A DNA stretch of 64,000 nt from Planctomycetota bacterium (GTDB lineage: Bacteria > Planctomycetota > JAJSAM01 > JAJVHW01): NCBI GenBank assembly GCA_965248445.1, contig CBDFJG010000003.1, forward strand, positions 64,001 to 128,000, read 5' to 3'. The notes beneath the pieces are model-generated. The model was given only the letters and a program-made list of their open reading frames with translations. It was not told the origin of the DNA and searched no databases. Below are positions 12,708 through 24,825 of this stretch, one piece after another. The translations under genes were made by a program, and so were the position numbers. Within the stretch, counting starts at the first letter, position 1. Every line of letters begins with the position of its first letter.

Positions 12708-13079
12708 ATGCCGACGATCAACCAGCTGGTACGCAAGGGCCGCAAGCGTCCGAGCAAGAAGTCGAAGAGCGCGGTGCTCGAGAGCTGCCCGTTCAAGCGC
12801 GGCGTCTGCGTCCAGGTCAAGACGATGACGCCGAAGAAGCCGAACTCGGCTCTTCGCAAGATCGCCCGCGTGCGACTCAGCAACGGCAAGGAGATCACCG
12901 CGTACATCCCCGGCGAGGGACACAACCTCCAGGAGCACTCGATCGTGCTCGTGCGCGGCGGCCGCGTGAAGGACCTGCCGGGCGTGCGATACCACATCGT
13001 GCGCGGCGTCCTTGACGCATCTGGTGTGGACGGCCGGCGGCGCAGCCGGTCCAAGTACGGAACGAAGCGGCCCAAGTAG
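12708..13079 (+). CDS. rpsL: 30S ribosomal protein S12
   Basis: [22 protein letters not shown] and GGRVKDLPG motifs. Confidence 0.99.
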   Translation: MPTINQLVRKGRKRPSKKSKSAVLESCPFKRGVCVQVKTMTPKKPNSALRKIARVRLSNGKEITAYIPGEGHNLQEHSIVLVRGGRVKDLPGVRYHIVRGVLDASGVDGRRRSRSKYGTKRPK

Positions 13080-13097
13080 CCGCACGGAGAGTCTGGA

Positions 13098-13574
13098 ATG
13101 CCCCGCAAGTTCAAGTCCACCGAGTCTTACCTCAAGCCGGACCCGCAGTACGGAAACGTGCTCATCGCGAAGTTCGTCAACTGCGTGATGTCGCACGGCG
13201 AGAAGTCGACTGCGCGACGGATCGTGTACGACGCCCTCGACATCATCCAGAAGAAGCTGCCTGGCGAGGACTCCGTGAAGGTCTTCACCGACGCAATCAG
13301 CAACGTGAAGCCTCGCGTGGAAGTGCGGAGCAAGCGCGTCGGCGGTGCCACGTACCAGGTGCCGATCGAGGTCAGCAAGCGGCGCCAGCAGGCGTTGGCG
13401 TTCCGGTGGATCCTGGGCGTCGTCCGCAAGACGCGCCGTGGGCGGACGTTCGCGATGACGCTTGCCGAGGAACTCCTGGCGGCCTACCGCAAGGAAGGCG
13501 CTGCCTTCGCAAAGCGCGAGAACACCCACAAGATGGCCGAGGCGAACAAGGCGTTCAGCCACTTCGCTTGGTAG
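13098..13574 (+). CDS. rpsG: 30S ribosomal protein S7
   Basis: RVGGATYQVP and HKMAEANKAFSH motifs. Confidence 0.99.
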   Translation: MPRKFKSTESYLKPDPQYGNVLIAKFVNCVMSHGEKSTARRIVYDALDIIQKKLPGEDSVKVFTDAISNVKPRVEVRSKRVGGATYQVPIEVSKRRQQALAFRWILGVVRKTRRGRTFAMTLAEELLAAYRKEGAAFAKRENTHKMAEANKAFSHFAW

Positions 13575-13588
13575 TCGGATCGCATGTG

Positions 13589-13622
13589 AGGCCGCGTCGT
13601 CCGCACGGACGTCGCGGCCTTG
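13589..13622 (+). terminator. Terminator/attenuator-like hairpin between rpsG and fusA
   Basis: aggccgcg-tcgtcc-gcac-ggacg-tcgcggcct followed by tt. Confidence 0.5.
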
Positions 13623-13748
13623 CTGCGTGCTGGGTTGCTGGTTCGTCCGCTGACGCGGACCAGTGCTTATTGGTCCGTCCGCTGACGCGGGTCGAGACGA
13701 TTGGATCGCGGTAAGCGCGGTGCAGGGTGAGACTCCTGAGGATCTGAC

Positions 13749-15830
13749 GTGGCGAAGAAGAAGAAGACCTCCGCCCACGACCCGTCGCGCATCCGCAACA
13801 TCGGCATCATCGCGCACATCGATGCCGGGAAGACGACCGTCACCGAGCGCGTGCTCTTCTACACCGGCAAGGAGCACAAGATGGGTGAGGTCCACGAGGG
13901 CCTGGCCCGCATGGACTGGATGGCCCAGGAGCAGGAGCGCGGGATCACGATCACCAGCGCCTGCACCACGTTCGCGTGGCGTGACCACCGCATCAACCTG
14001 ATCGACACGCCGGGGCACGTGGACTTCACGGCCGAGGTCGAGCGGAGTCTGCGGGTCCTCGACGGCGCCGTCGTCGTGTTCGACGGCGTGGCGGGCGTCG
14101 AGGCGCAGTCCGAGACGGTCTGGCGGCAGGCCACGCGCCACGGCGTGCCGCGTATCTGTTTCGTGAACAAGCTCGACCGCATCGGCGCGAGCTTCGACCG
14201 CTCGGTCGAGAGCATCCGCCGGCGGCTGGACGGCAACCCGGTTCCCGTGACGCTGCCGAACATGCGCGATCAGGAGGTCCTCGGGATCATCGATCTCGTT
14301 CACCGGCAGTACGTGACGTTCGACGAGGCGACGCGCGGCAAGGAGTACACGCGCGCCGACATTCCGGAGGATCTGTTCGACGTGGCGGAGACGGCCCGCG
14401 CCGAGCTCGTGGAGGTTGCGGCCGAGCACGGTGGCGACGCGTTACTCGAGAAGTACCTCGAGGAGGGAGACCTCGGCCCGGAGGACCTGGTCGCGGCCCT
14501 TCGCGCGGCCACGATCTCCATGCAGCTGCAGCCAGTTCTCTGCGGCTCGGCGCTGCGCAACACCGGCGTTCAGTTGGTTCTCGACGCGGTCATCGACTAC
14601 CTGCCGTCGCCCGGAGACCTGCCTCCGGTGGTGGGTCTCGATCCCCGCTCCGAGAAGGAGATCCGTCGTGCGCTGGACCCTTCCGAGCCCCTTACCGCGC
14701 TGGTGTTCAAGACTCACGCCGACACACACGCCGACCTCGCGTACGTCCGCGTCTACTCGGGCGTGCTGAGGGCGAAGGACCAGGTCTGGAACCCCGGCCG
14801 CGACCGGGTGGAACGGGTGGGCGGCCTGGTCCAGATGCATGCCGAGTCGCGGGAGCCGGTCCAGGAGGTCGCCGCCGGCGACATCGCGGCAGTGGTCGGG
14901 CTGCGCTTCACCACGACCGGCGACACGCTCTGCACCAAGCAGAAGCCGATGATCCTCGGGAGCATGACGTTCGCCGAGCCGGTGATCGCGCTCGCCGTGG
15001 AGCCGAGGAGCTCCAAGGACCGGGACGATCTCGAGACCGCGCTCGAACGCCTCTCCCGCGACGACCCGACGTTCACGATCCACGTCGACGAGGACACGGG
15101 TCAGACGATCATCAGCGGGATGGGCGAACTGCACCTCGAGGTCCTCGTTCGCCGGCTCGCCGAGGAGTTCCGCGTCCCGGTCCAGACCGGCAAGCCGCGC
15201 GTCGCGTACCGCCAGACGGTTGCCGAGGGCGCCGAGGGCTCGTACGACTTCGAGCGCGTGGTGGGGGAGAAGACACAGTACGCACGGGTCAAGGTTCGCG
15301 TCGATCCGGTCCCGTCCCTCCCGCGCACCGAGTTCTTCCACTTCGGCGAGCTCGACTCGGCGAGCCGCAGGTTCCTGCCGAACGTCGAGTCCGGTGCGCT
15401 CTCCTCAGCTGAGGGCGGCGTCGGGGTCGGCTACCCGTGCGTGCAGCTTCGCGTCACCCTCTTGGAGGCGACGACCCGCGACGGTGAGGGCACCGAGGCC
15501 GCGTTCGAGGCCGCCGCGAATCGGGCCTTCCAGGAGGCCTTCGAAAAGGGCGGCTGCGTCGTCCTCGAGCCTGTGATGCGGTTCGAGGTCGGCACTCCGG
15601 AGGCATACATGGGCGACGTTCTGGCCGACCTGAACCGCCGCCGCGCCGAGATCAGCGAGCTTCTCGAGGAGGAGGGCATCCGCGTCATCCGTGGGATCGT
15701 CCCGATCAGCGAGATGTTCGGGTACTCGACGGCGCTGCGCAGCCTCAGCCAGGGCCGAGCGGGCTACTCGATGGAGCCGGAGAGCTACGCACCGCTGCCG
15801 CCGGACGTCGCGGCCCGGTTCGCGTTCTGA
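13749..15830 (+). CDS. fusA: Elongation factor G (divergent domain IV)
   Basis: [23 protein letters not shown] and GMGELHL motifs. Confidence 0.95.
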   Translation: MAKKKKTSAHDPSRIRNIGIIAHIDAGKTTVTERVLFYTGKEHKMGEVHEGLARMDWMAQEQERGITITSACTTFAWRDHRINLIDTPGHVDFTAEVERSLRVLDGAVVVFDGVAGVEAQSETVWRQATRHGVPRICFVNKLDRIGASFDRSVESIRRRLDGNPVPVTLPNMRDQEVLGIIDLVHRQYVTFDEATRGKEYTRADIPEDLFDVAETARAELVEVAAEHGGDALLEKYLEEGDLGPEDLVAALRAATISMQLQPVLCGSALRNTGVQLVLDAVIDYLPSPGDLPPVVGLDPRSEKEIRRALDPSEPLTALVFKTHADTHADLAYVRVYSGVLRAKDQVWNPGRDRVERVGGLVQMHAESREPVQEVAAGDIAAVVGLRFTTTGDTLCTKQKPMILGSMTFAEPVIALAVEPRSSKDRDDLETALERLSRDDPTFTIHVDEDTGQTIISGMGELHLEVLVRRLAEEFRVPVQTGKPRVAYRQTVAEGAEGSYDFERVVGEKTQYARVKVRVDPVPSLPRTEFFHFGELDSASRRFLPNVESGALSSAEGGVGVGYPCVQLRVTLLEATTRDGEGTEAAFEAAANRAFQEAFEKGGCVVLEPVMRFEVGTPEAYMGDVLADLNRRRAEISELLEEEGIRVIRGIVPISEMFGYSTALRSLSQGRAGYSMEPESYAPLPPDVAARFAF

Positions 15831-16179
15831 GCACGGTCCGGCGCTCTCGCCCAGGCCAGGCTCCAGAACCCACTCGGCCGCCCCTTTTTCTCCAAGCCTC
15901 CTCAGGCTCGGCGCTACTCTCGCCGGTTCGCCTCCGCGGGGAGGGCTTCCTGGGCAACCGGGACCCATTCGCAGAGGTCATCGAACGGCGATCGTGCAGA
16001 ACGCTTCTTGTCTTTCCAGTCCGCTCACGCGGGTGGCGCGACACGGGCGTAACACGCGACTTGTCGATCCGGGCTGTCTGCATGCGCAGACGGCGTTCAA
16101 CGAACCGGCTTCGTCCCGGATTCACGCGCTCGGCGTGTGTGAACGGACGGCGTGTCAGTGCGATGGATAGAGAACCAAC

Positions 16180-16488
<309 letters not shown>

Positions 16489-16583
16489 TCGACGGCCCCC
16501 GATGGGGGCTGTTTCTCATCGGGCACGGTCTCATCGAGTACGGCCGCGCGAACGACGCAACGGAACGCATTTAGAGGCAAGAA

Positions 16584-17246
16584 ATGGCAGTCACGGCACT
16601 GATCGGACGCAAAACGGGAATGACGTCGGTCTTCGACGAGGGCGGCGCCATGATCGGCGTCACCGTCATCGAGTTCCCGCAGAACCGTGTCGTCGGCCGG
16701 CGCACGACGGATCGCGACGGCTACGAGGCCGTCGTGCTCGGTGCCGGTGCACGTCGAGCGTCGCGCACGAGCAAGCCACAGCTGGGCGCGATGCAGAAAC
16801 TCGGCCTCGACACCGAGCCCGAGATCATGCGCGAAGTGCGTTGCGCCGCGGACATCGACCTCGAGATCGGCGCCGAAGTCCAGGTCGGCGACGTGTTCGA
16901 GGCCGGGCAGTGGATCGACGTCGTCGGCACCAGCCGCGGTCATGGTTTCCAGGGCGTGCGCAAGCGCCACCACTTCTCGTACGGACCCGCGTCGCACGGC
17001 TCGAAGAACTACAAGGAGCCGGGGTCGACGGGTCATTCGACCTATCCCGGCCGCGTGTTCAAGGGCAAGCGCATGCCCGGCCACCACGGCGCCAAGCGCC
17101 GCACGCAGCGCAACGTCCGCGTCGTGAGCGTCGACGCCGAGAACCGCCGTCTGCTCGTAGCAGGTTCGGTACCCGGTTGGGACACAGGCGTCGTTGTGGT
17201 CCGCCATGCGGTCGCGAAGCGCATCGCCCAGGGCCCGAAGAAGTAG
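16584..17246 (+). CDS. rplC: 50S ribosomal protein L3
   Basis: [18 protein letters not shown] and [11 protein letters not shown] motifs. Confidence 0.98.
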   Translation: MAVTALIGRKTGMTSVFDEGGAMIGVTVIEFPQNRVVGRRTTDRDGYEAVVLGAGARRASRTSKPQLGAMQKLGLDTEPEIMREVRCAADIDLEIGAEVQVGDVFEAGQWIDVVGTSRGHGFQGVRKRHHFSYGPASHGSKNYKEPGSTGHSTYPGRVFKGKRMPGHHGAKRRTQRNVRVVSVDAENRRLLVAGSVPGWDTGVVVVRHAVAKRIAQGPKK

Positions 17247-17259
17247 CAGGAGCAGCCCC

Positions 17260-17898
17260 ATGAGTGACATCAAGCTCTACCGCGCGAAGGACGGCAGCGT
17301 CGGCACCACCGACGTGAACACCGCTGCGTTCGGTCGCCGCTCCCCGCGCCGTGTGCAGCGCGACGCGGTGCTCATGTACCAGGCGAACCGCCGGGCGGGC
17401 ACCCACTCGACCAAGACACGCGCGAACATCACGGGCACCACCAAGAAGCCGTGGAAGCAGAAGCACACGGGCAAGGCCCGCGCAGGTACCAAGAAGTCGC
17501 CGATCTGGCGTTCGGGCGGCGTCGCCCACGGCCCGCACCCGCGCGACTACTCGTACAACGTCCCGCGCAAGGCGCTCCGTGCCGCGTGCCGTGCCGCGAT
17601 CGCCGGGAAGTTCAACGACGGCGAGGTCGTCTTCGCGGATGCCGTGTCGTTCGCCGCGCCGAGCACCAAGGCCGCTCGCGGGATGCTCGCCGCGCTGGGC
17701 GTCGAGCGCTCGTGCCTGGTCGTGACGCACCGCCTCGACGTGGTCGTCCACAAGTCCATGCGCAACCTGCCCGGTGTCACGGTCATGCCGGCATCGGACG
17801 TGAACGCATACGAGGTGCTGTCGCACCGCAACCTGCTGCTCACCGAGGACTCCTTCGAGGCTCTCACCGGGCGGCTGTGTGAAGAGAGCGAGGACTAG
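17260..17898 (+). CDS. rplD: 50S ribosomal protein L4
   Basis: [15 protein letters not shown] motif. Confidence 0.98.
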   Translation: MSDIKLYRAKDGSVGTTDVNTAAFGRRSPRRVQRDAVLMYQANRRAGTHSTKTRANITGTTKKPWKQKHTGKARAGTKKSPIWRSGGVAHGPHPRDYSYNVPRKALRAACRAAIAGKFNDGEVVFADAVSFAAPSTKAARGMLAALGVERSCLVVTHRLDVVVHKSMRNLPGVTVMPASDVNAYEVLSHRNLLLTEDSFEALTGRLCEESED

Positions 17899-17902
17899 CG
17901 CG

Positions 17903-18184
17903 ATGATGGACATCTATGACGTCGTCAAGCGCCCGTTGCTCACGGAGCGCACGATGAGCCGCCTCGACACCTCGAACACGTACGTGTTCGAGGTGAACCC
18001 GAAGGCCAACAAGGTGCAGATCCGGCGCGCCGTCGAGAAGCTGTTCGACGTGCGCGTACTCAGCGTGAACACCGCCAAGGTGCCCGGCAAGCCGCGGCGC
18101 TTCGGCCGGTTCTTCACACGTACTCCGTCATGGAAAAAGGCGTTCGTGACCCTGGCCGACGGCCAGGCGATCGAGCTGTTCTAG
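17903..18184 (+). CDS. rplW: 50S ribosomal protein L23
   Basis: [17 protein letters not shown] and WKKAFVTL motifs. Confidence 0.98.
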   Translation: MMDIYDVVKRPLLTERTMSRLDTSNTYVFEVNPKANKVQIRRAVEKLFDVRVLSVNTAKVPGKPRRFGRFFTRTPSWKKAFVTLADGQAIELF

Positions 18185-18195
18185 GAGAGGGTCGG

Positions 18196-19038
18196 ATGGG
18201 AATTCGCGTCTACAAGCCGACTTCGCCCGGGCGGCGGAACTCGTCGGTCTCCGACTTCAAGGAGATCACGCGTACCACCCCCGAGAGGTCGTTGCTACGC
18301 CCGATGGTGCGCCGCGCCGGCCGTAACTCGTACGGCCGCATCACGTCGCGCCGTCGCGGCGGCGGTCACAAGCGCCGTTACCGCATCATCGACTGGCGCC
18401 GTGACAAGGACGGCGTCCCGGCGAAGGTCTTCTCTATCGAGTACGACCCGAACCGCACCGCACGCATCGCGCTCCTGCACTACGCAGACGGTGAGAAGCG
18501 TTACATCTTGGCGCCCCGCGGCATCAAGGTGGGGCAGCCCATCATGTCCGGTGTGGACGCGGAGCCGCGCGTCGGCAACGCGAAGATGCTCAAGGACATC
18601 CCCCTCGGGCTGGCGATCCACAACGTCGAGATGGTGCCGGGCAAGGGCGGGCAGATGGCCCGTTCGGCCGGCGCTTCGATCCAGCTCGCGGCCCGGGACT
18701 CGGGCATGGCGATCCTGAACCTGCCGTCGGGCGAGACGCGGATGGTCCCCGAGACCTGCCGCGCCACGATCGGCCAGGTGGGGAACGTGGAGCACGCGCT
18801 GGTGCGTATCGGCAAGGCCGGGCGCAACCGCCACCGCGGCCGGCGTCCCAAGGTGCGCGGCGCCGCGATGAACCCGTACTGCCACCCGCTCGGTGGTGGT
18901 GAGGGCAAGACGGGAGCCGGTCGCCGCAAGGGTCCGTGCTCGCCCTGGGGCAAGCCGTCCAAGGGCGGCAAGACGAGGGCGCCCAAGAACCCGAGCAACA
19001 AACTGATCATCCGTCGCCGGAAGAAGAAGAAGAGGTAG
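18196..19038 (+). CDS. rplB: 50S ribosomal protein L2
   Basis: [12 protein letters not shown] and [14 protein letters not shown] motifs. Confidence 0.99.
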   Translation: MGIRVYKPTSPGRRNSSVSDFKEITRTTPERSLLRPMVRRAGRNSYGRITSRRRGGGHKRRYRIIDWRRDKDGVPAKVFSIEYDPNRTARIALLHYADGEKRYILAPRGIKVGQPIMSGVDAEPRVGNAKMLKDIPLGLAIHNVEMVPGKGGQMARSAGASIQLAARDSGMAILNLPSGETRMVPETCRATIGQVGNVEHALVRIGKAGRNRHRGRRPKVRGAAMNPYCHPLGGGEGKTGAGRRKGPCSPWGKPSKGGKTRAPKNPSNKLIIRRRKKKKR

Positions 19039-19045
19039 CGCACAC

Positions 19046-19309
19046 ATGGGACGTTCCATCAAGAAGGGTCCGTGGGTGGATGAGCGCCTCTGGACGCGCG
19101 TGCGCGCGCAGAAGGACTCCGGAGCACGCGAGCCCCTCAAGACGTGGCGGCGTGAGTGCACCGTCATACCCGACTTCGTCGGGCACACGTTTGCCGTCCA
19201 CAACGGCAAGACGTTCATCCGCGTGTTCGTGACCGAGGACATGGTCGGTCACCGCCTTGGCGAGTTCTCGCCCACGCGCATGTTCCGCGGGCACACGGGC
19301 AAGAAGTAA
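19046..19309 (+). CDS. rpsS: 30S ribosomal protein S19
   Basis: RSIKKGP and [13 protein letters not shown] motifs. Confidence 0.99.
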   Translation: MGRSIKKGPWVDERLWTRVRAQKDSGAREPLKTWRRECTVIPDFVGHTFAVHNGKTFIRVFVTEDMVGHRLGEFSPTRMFRGHTGKK

Positions 19310-19332
19310 GGGCAGGAAGTAAGGACTGGGAC

Positions 19333-19848
19333 ATGGCACAGACCACATTGACCGGCGCCTCCTACAGGGCGGTTCACAGGCAGTCGCCGGTGACGCCGCG
19401 CAAGGCGCGCTACGTCGTCGACCTGATCCGCGGCAAGCCCGTGAATCAGGCACTGGACGTGCTGCGTTTCTGTCCCCGCCGCGCCGCGCCGCTGCTCTCG
19501 AAGGTGCTCATGAGCGCCCTCGCGAACGCGCAGCTCGATCCGGCGTGCGACACGTCGCGACTGCACGTCATCGACGCGCGGGCGGACGACGGACGCACCA
19601 TGAAGCGCTGGACGCCACGGTCGCGCGGCCAGATGTATCCGCTGCTGCTGCGGTACTCGCACCTGACGATCGTGCTCGGCGAGCAGGACGCGGCCCCGAG
19701 CAAGCGCAGGGGCGGCAAGAAGAAGAGCGACAAGAGTCGCGCCGCGCGCGTCGCCGCATCGAAGGCGGCCGAGACGGTCAAGCCGACCGCGCCTGCGGAT
19801 GCGGCGGCCGACACCGACACCACAGCCAGCTCTGAAGGGAGCGAGTAG
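19333..19848 (+). CDS. rplV: 50S ribosomal protein L22 with C-terminal extension
   Basis: [15 protein letters not shown] and SALANA motifs; operon position. Confidence 0.97.
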   Translation: MAQTTLTGASYRAVHRQSPVTPRKARYVVDLIRGKPVNQALDVLRFCPRRAAPLLSKVLMSALANAQLDPACDTSRLHVIDARADDGRTMKRWTPRSRGQMYPLLLRYSHLTIVLGEQDAAPSKRRGGKKKSDKSRAARVAASKAAETVKPTAPADAAADTDTTASSEGSE

Positions 19849-19850
19849 CT

Positions 19851-20504
19851 ATGGGCCAGAAGATCCATCCGAACGGGTTCCGCGTCGGCATCACGCGCGA
19901 CTGGGACTCCCGCTGGTGCGCCCCCAAGGGCAAGTTCGGCGACCTCCTTGTCGAGGACGACAAGATCCGCCGGTTCATCAAGCAGGAGTACTACTTCGCC
20001 GGAATCCCGAAGGTTGAGATCGAGCGCAAGGGCGATCAGATCGTGATCCTCGTCCACTGCGCCCGGCCCGGCGTGCTGATCGGCCGCAAGGGTGTCAAGG
20101 TGGACAAACTCAAGGAGCAGCTCGAGAAGCTCTCCGGCAAGGGCATCACCCTGAACATCCACGAGATCACGCAGCCCGAGCTGAATGCGCAACTCGTCGC
20201 CGAGAGCGTGTCCGAGCAGCTCGAGCGGCGCGGCTCGTTCCGCCGCGCGCTCAAGCGCGCGATGCAGAACACGATGGAGCGCGGCGCCAAGGGCATCAAG
20301 ATCCGCATCGCCGGCCGCCTGGGCGGCTCCGAGATCGCGCGCGTCGAGACGCAGAACTCCGGTTCGGTCCCGCTGACGACGCTCACCGCGGACATCGACT
20401 ACGGCTTCTCCGAGGCACGCTGCACGTACGGACGCATCGGCGTGAAGTGCTGGATCTACAAGGGCCCCATCCGCAAGGGCGGCGGCCCCGTGAGGAGGAG
20501 GTAG
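19851..20504 (+). CDS. rpsC: 30S ribosomal protein S3
   Basis: [11 protein letters not shown] and [10 protein letters not shown] motifs. Confidence 0.99.
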   Translation: MGQKIHPNGFRVGITRDWDSRWCAPKGKFGDLLVEDDKIRRFIKQEYYFAGIPKVEIERKGDQIVILVHCARPGVLIGRKGVKVDKLKEQLEKLSGKGITLNIHEITQPELNAQLVAESVSEQLERRGSFRRALKRAMQNTMERGAKGIKIRIAGRLGGSEIARVETQNSGSVPLTTLTADIDYGFSEARCTYGRIGVKCWIYKGPIRKGGGPVRRR

Positions 20505-20508
20505 AGAC

Positions 20509-20928
20509 ATGGCGCTCATGCCGAAGCGCGTCAAGCGCCGCAAGCAGCACCGCGGGAAGATCAAGGGCCGCGCCACGCGCGGCAACACCGTGACGTTCGG
20601 TGAGTTCGGGCTCCAGTCAACGGAGCGCGGCTGGCTGAACGCGCGCCAGATCGAGGCGGGCCGCGTCGCGGCGAACCACTACCTCAAGGGCGAGGGTCGG
20701 ATCTGGATCCGCGCTTTCCCGCACAAGCCCGTCACGTCCAAGCCCGCCGAGGTGCGGATGGGCACGGGCAAGGGCGACGTCGACCGCTGGGTCGCGGTCG
20801 TCCGGCCGGGCACGATCGTCTACGAGGTCGGCGGCGTCAGCGAGGCGCAGGCCAAGGTCGCGCTCAACCGCATCGCACACAAGATGCCGTTCCGCTGCCG
20901 GATGTCGAAGAGGAGGCCCTCGCTGTGA
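20509..20928 (+). CDS. rplP: 50S ribosomal protein L16
   Basis: [13 protein letters not shown] and VRMGTGKG motifs. Confidence 0.99.
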   Translation: MALMPKRVKRRKQHRGKIKGRATRGNTVTFGEFGLQSTERGWLNARQIEAGRVAANHYLKGEGRIWIRAFPHKPVTSKPAEVRMGTGKGDVDRWVAVVRPGTIVYEVGGVSEAQAKVALNRIAHKMPFRCRMSKRRPSL

Positions 20929-21137
20929 GCAAGGCCAAGGTGAAGGAGATCCGCGACCGCGACGGCGACGACCTGCGCCGCGAGGTCGCTGCTCTCGAAC
21001 GGAAGATCTGGGAGTTGCGCTTTGAGCGCAACAGCGAGAAGGCAGGCAACCCGTCGCGCATCCGTCAGATGCGCCGCCAGGTGGCCCGCATGCTCACCGT
21101 TCTCCGCGAACGGGAGCTTTCGGAGGCGAAGCAGTGA
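20925..21137 (+). CDS. rpmC: 50S ribosomal protein L29
   Basis: [21 protein letters not shown] motif. Confidence 0.95.
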   Translation: MSKAKVKEIRDRDGDDLRREVAALERKIWELRFERNSEKAGNPSRIRQMRRQVARMLTVLRERELSEAKQ

Positions 21138-21436
21138 GCGACAACAACGACATCGGCAGCGGCGGCGGTGGCAACCGCAGTTCGCGGCCGGAGGTGACCG
21201 GCACGGTCATCAGCGACAAGATGGACAAGACAATCGTGGTGCGCCGCGACGTCAAGGTGAAGCACCCGCTCTACAAGAAGTACGTGCGGCGTTCGACCAA
21301 GTTTGTCGCTCACGACGAGAGCAACCAGGCGCGCTCAGGCGACGAGGTCGAGATCGTGCAGACGCGCCCGATCTCGAAGAACAAGCGCTGGCGTCTGGTG
21401 CGCATCGTGCGCGAGGCGCCCCGGGACAACGGCTAG
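21134..21436 (+). CDS. rpsQ: 30S ribosomal protein S17
   Basis: [10 protein letters not shown] and RPISKNKRW motifs. Confidence 0.98.
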   Translation: MSDNNDIGSGGGGNRSSRPEVTGTVISDKMDKTIVVRRDVKVKHPLYKKYVRRSTKFVAHDESNQARSGDEVEIVQTRPISKNKRWRLVRIVREAPRDNG

Positions 21437-21445
21437 GAAGCAACC

Positions 21446-21814
21446 ATGATCCAGCTCCAGACGATGCTCGATGTCGCGGACAACACTGGCGCCAAGCGCG
21501 CCCAGTGCATCCGCGTGCTCGGCTCGGGCAACCGCAAGACCGGGGGGGTAGGCGACGTGATCGTCTGCGCCGTCAAGAAGGCGTTGCCCAACGGTTCGGT
21601 GAAGAAGAGCGACGTGGTTCGCGCGGTCATCGTGCGGACGCGGCACGCGGTGCGCCGCGAGGACGGCTCGTATGTGCGCTTCGACCGCAATGCGTGCGTC
21701 ATCGTGGACAAGGACGGCAACCCCAAGGGCACGCGCATCTTCGGAGCCGTGGCCCGCGAACTCCGAGCGAAGAACTTCATGAAGATCATCTCGCTCGCGG
21801 CGGAGGTGGTCTAG
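21446..21814 (+). CDS. rplN: 50S ribosomal protein L14
   Basis: VADNTGAK and [12 protein letters not shown] motifs. Confidence 0.99.
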   Translation: MIQLQTMLDVADNTGAKRAQCIRVLGSGNRKTGGVGDVIVCAVKKALPNGSVKKSDVVRAVIVRTRHAVRREDGSYVRFDRNACVIVDKDGNPKGTRIFGAVARELRAKNFMKIISLAAEVV

Positions 21815-21816
21815 CC

Positions 21817-22134
21817 ATGGGTTTCAACATCCGAGTCGGAGACACGGTGGAAGTCGCCCGCGGGCGACGGAACCGCAACCCCGAGCGTCCCGCGACGCGC
21901 GGGCGCGTCCTCAAGATCGACCGCGACAAGGGTCGCGTCGTGATCGAGGGCCACAACATGCGCATCAAGCACCTGCGCCGGTCGGAGAAGCACCCGCAGG
22001 GTGGCCGCCTCGAGCGTGAGTCGCCGGTGCAGATCAGCAACGTGCTCGTAGTGACGGAGGCCGGTACGGCCATCTCCGCGCGCAAGGCCCGGCGCACCGA
22101 CGACGGCAAGGTCGTCGGCCGGGAGGAGAAGTAG
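21817..22134 (+). CDS. rplX: 50S ribosomal protein L24
   Basis: IRVGDTVEV and ESPVQISNV motifs. Confidence 0.95.
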   Translation: MGFNIRVGDTVEVARGRRNRNPERPATRGRVLKIDRDKGRVVIEGHNMRIKHLRRSEKHPQGGRLERESPVQISNVLVVTEAGTAISARKARRTDDGKVVGREEK

Positions 22135-22137
22135 ACG

Positions 22138-22695
22138 ATGATCCCGCGACTGTTCGAGCGCTACCGCGAGACGATCGTCCCGCACTTCATGAAGGAGCTG
22201 GGCTGTCCGAACGTCCACTCCGTGCCGCGACTCTCGAAGATCGTGCTGAGCATGGGGGTCGGCAAGGCCAACGAAAACAAGCGGCTGCTCGAGACGGCGG
22301 TCGACGACCTGACCAAGATCACGGGGCAGAAGGCCGTCATCACGCGAGCCAAGAAATCGGTCTCGAACTTCCGCCTGCGCGAGGGCCAGCAGATCGGCTG
22401 CATGGTCACCCTGCGCGGTCACCGCATGTTCGAGTTCCTGGATCGCCTGGTCAGCGTGGCGATCCCGCGTATCCGCGACTTCCGCGGACTCAAGTCGAAG
22501 TCGTTCGACAAGGCCGGCAACTACTCGCTCGGTCTCGCGGACCAGCTCGTCTTCCCGGAGATGCAGGCTGACAAGGTCGAGAACAACCAGGGCATGAACA
22601 TCACGTTGGTCATCCGCGGATCGGACGCCGAGAAGTCACTCGAGCTCCTGCGGATGTTCGGTGTGCCGTTCCGTGGCCAGAACGAACAGAAGTAA
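22138..22695 (+). CDS. rplE: 50S ribosomal protein L5
   Basis: [14 protein letters not shown] and PRIRDFRGL motifs. Confidence 0.99.
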   Translation: MIPRLFERYRETIVPHFMKELGCPNVHSVPRLSKIVLSMGVGKANENKRLLETAVDDLTKITGQKAVITRAKKSVSNFRLREGQQIGCMVTLRGHRMFEFLDRLVSVAIPRIRDFRGLKSKSFDKAGNYSLGLADQLVFPEMQADKVENNQGMNITLVIRGSDAEKSLELLRMFGVPFRGQNEQK

Positions 22696-22706
22696 CGGAG
22701 ACGAAC

Positions 22707-22892
22707 GTGGCAAAGACCTCTCAGAGAGTGAAGTCGAGCCGGCCGCCGAAGTACACGGTCCAGCACCGCAATCGCTGCCGCCTCTGCGGGCGGCCGCGCG
22801 CCTACATGCGGAAATTCGGCATCTGCCGCATCTGCTTCCGTTCGAAGTCGCACAAGGGCGAGATCCCGGGTGTGAAAAAGGCGTCGTGGTAG
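22707..22892 (+). CDS. rpsN: 30S ribosomal protein S14 (Zn-binding type)
   Basis: RCRLCGRPR and ICRICFR motifs. Confidence 0.98.
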   Translation: MAKTSQRVKSSRPPKYTVQHRNRCRLCGRPRAYMRKFGICRICFRSKSHKGEIPGVKKASW

Positions 22893-22972
22893 CCACTCGG
22901 GCTACAGGTATGAGCAAGTTGAATCGCACTTCCGCCTCGGTGGCGGCGGTGCTCCTGGAAAGGGCCTACTGA

Positions 22973-23371
22973 ATGAGCATGAACGATCCCATTGCGGACA
23001 TGCTGACGCGCATCCGCAACGCGAATTCGATCCGCCGTCAGTCTGTTGACGTGCCCCGCTCCAAGTTGAAGCGGGGGATCGCCGACGTGCTGAAACGGGA
23101 GGGCTACATCGACGACTTCCTCGACATCGAGGCAGGTCCGAAGAGCGTTCTGCGCCTGCAGCTCAAGTACGGCCCGGCGGGCCGCCGGATCATCCGCCGC
23201 ATCGAGCGCGTCTCGAAGCCCGGCCGCCGCATCTATCGCGGAGTGTCGGACCTCGAGTCACCGATCGGTGGACTCGGCGTCTACGTGGTCTCGACGGATC
23301 AAGGCGTGCTCTCTGACCGAGAGGCGCGGGATCGCAAGGCGGGGGGCGAAGTCCTCTGCCGCGTGGTGTGA
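22973..23371 (+). CDS. rpsH: 30S ribosomal protein S8
   Basis: [13 protein letters not shown] and SKPGRRIY motifs. Confidence 0.99.
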   Translation: MSMNDPIADMLTRIRNANSIRRQSVDVPRSKLKRGIADVLKREGYIDDFLDIEAGPKSVLRLQLKYGPAGRRIIRRIERVSKPGRRIYRGVSDLESPIGGLGVYVVSTDQGVLSDREARDRKAGGEVLCRVV

Positions 23372-23383
23372 CGGAGCAGAACC

Positions 23384-23929
23384 ATGTCTCGACTCGGTAA
23401 GACCCCTGTTGCTCTCCCCTCCGGCGTCACCCTCACCGTGCAGCCAGGCCGCGCACTGGTGAAGGGACCGAAGGGCGAAGTCTCGATGCACATTCCCGTC
23501 GGCATCCAGGTGACCGTCGACGACGGCAAGGTGACGGTCGGCCGCAAGTCGAACTCGAAGTTCGACCGGGCGTGCCAGGGCACCGTGGTACGCGTCGTCG
23601 GCAACGGCGTGAAGGGCGTCATGGAGCCGTTCGTGAAGATGCTCGACATCGTGGGTGTCGGCTACACGGCGAACCTCCGTGGCCAGACGCTCGCGCTGAA
23701 GGTCGGGTACGCGAACGAGGTCGTGCTTCAGATCCCCCAGGGCATCGAAGTCACGACCCCGAGCGCTACACGCATCGTGGTCACCGGATGCAATCGCGAA
23801 GTGGTCGGCGAGTTCGCCGCCCGCACGCGTCGTGTCCGGCCCCCGGAGCCCTACAACGGCAAGGGCATCCGCTACACCGACGAACGTATCCAGAAGAAGG
23901 CCGGCAAGTCGTTCGCCTCAGGCGCCTAA
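23384..23929 (+). CDS. rplF: 50S ribosomal protein L6
   Basis: MSRLGKTPV and RPPEPYNGKGIRY motifs. Confidence 0.99.
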   Translation: MSRLGKTPVALPSGVTLTVQPGRALVKGPKGEVSMHIPVGIQVTVDDGKVTVGRKSNSKFDRACQGTVVRVVGNGVKGVMEPFVKMLDIVGVGYTANLRGQTLALKVGYANEVVLQIPQGIEVTTPSATRIVVTGCNREVVGEFAARTRRVRPPEPYNGKGIRYTDERIQKKAGKSFASGA

Positions 23930-23941
23930 CGGAGCAGATCG

Positions 23942-24316
23942 ATGAAGCGAAGCGTGAAGAAGACCCTGGCTCGCAAGCGGCGTCACCGCCGCGTGCGCGG
24001 CCGTGTGAGCGGGACGCCGGAGCGTCCGCGCCTCGTCGTGACCCGTTCGAGCAAGCAGATCGCTGCTCAGGTGATCGACGACGTCGCCGGCCGGACCATC
24101 TGCTCGATCTCGTCCTTGTCTCTCGGCCGCGCCAAGGCGCTGGGCGACGGCAAGGGCTGGAACGTGGCGGGAGCGAGCGTCGTCGGCACTGCGCTGGCGA
24201 AGGTGGCTCTCGACAAGGGTGTGAAGAAGGTCGCATTTGACCGTGCGGGCTATCGCTACCACGGCCGTGTCAAGGCGTTCGCCGACGCCGCGCGCGAAGC
24301 AGGACTGGAGTTCTAG
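23942..24316 (+). CDS. rplR: 50S ribosomal protein L18
   Basis: [14 protein letters not shown] motif. Confidence 0.98.
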   Translation: MKRSVKKTLARKRRHRRVRGRVSGTPERPRLVVTRSSKQIAAQVIDDVAGRTICSISSLSLGRAKALGDGKGWNVAGASVVGTALAKVALDKGVKKVAFDRAGYRYHGRVKAFADAAREAGLEF

Positions 24317-24318
24317 CG

Positions 24319-24825
24319 ATGAAGGACTGGTACGAGAACCTGGAGTACGTGGAGCCGGTCGGGCTCGATCTCGACGACAACGTCGTCAAGATCAACCGCT
24401 GCGCGACCGTCGTGAAGGGCGGCCGCCGCTTCTCGTTCAGCGCGCTCGTCGTGGTGGGTGACAAGAAGGGCGTCTGCGGCTACGGCTTCGGCAAGGCGAA
24501 GGAAGTGCCCATGGCCGTCGAGAAGGCGGTCAAGGACGCGAAGAAGCGGCTCATCCGCATCCCGCTGCTCGGCTCGACGATCCCGCACCCGGTCGACGGC
24601 CTGTTCAGCGCGACGAAAGTGTTCCTCGGTCCGGCCTCGCCCGGTACCGGCGTCACTGCCGGCCCCGCCGTGCGGGCTCTGATCGAGGTCGTGGGCATCC
24701 ACGACATCCTGACCAAGAACTACGGCTCCTGCAACCCGGTCAACGTGGTGCGGGCGACGATGGACGGTCTCCTCCAACTGCGCCGTAAGGAGCAGGTCGC
24801 GGAGCTCCGGGGAGTGACTCTCTGA
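24319..24825 (+). CDS. rpsE: 30S ribosomal protein S5
   Basis: [18 protein letters not shown] motif. Confidence 0.99.
   Translation: MKDWYENLEYVEPVGLDLDDNVVKINRCATVVKGGRRFSFSALVVVGDKKGVCGYGFGKAKEVPMAVEKAVKDAKKRLIRIPLLGSTIPHPVDGLFSATKVFLGPASPGTGVTAGPAVRALIEVVGIHDILTKNYGSCNPVNVVRATMDGLLQLRRKEQVAELRGVTL

Noticed and set aside
11844..13079. 411-aa ORF fusing the IS antisense frame to S12
   Set aside because: It is a shadow frame of the transposase; rpsL has its own RBS and ATG at 12708.
19680..19848. Lys/Ala-rich C-terminal tail of L22
   Set aside because: Low-complexity tails on L22 are common.
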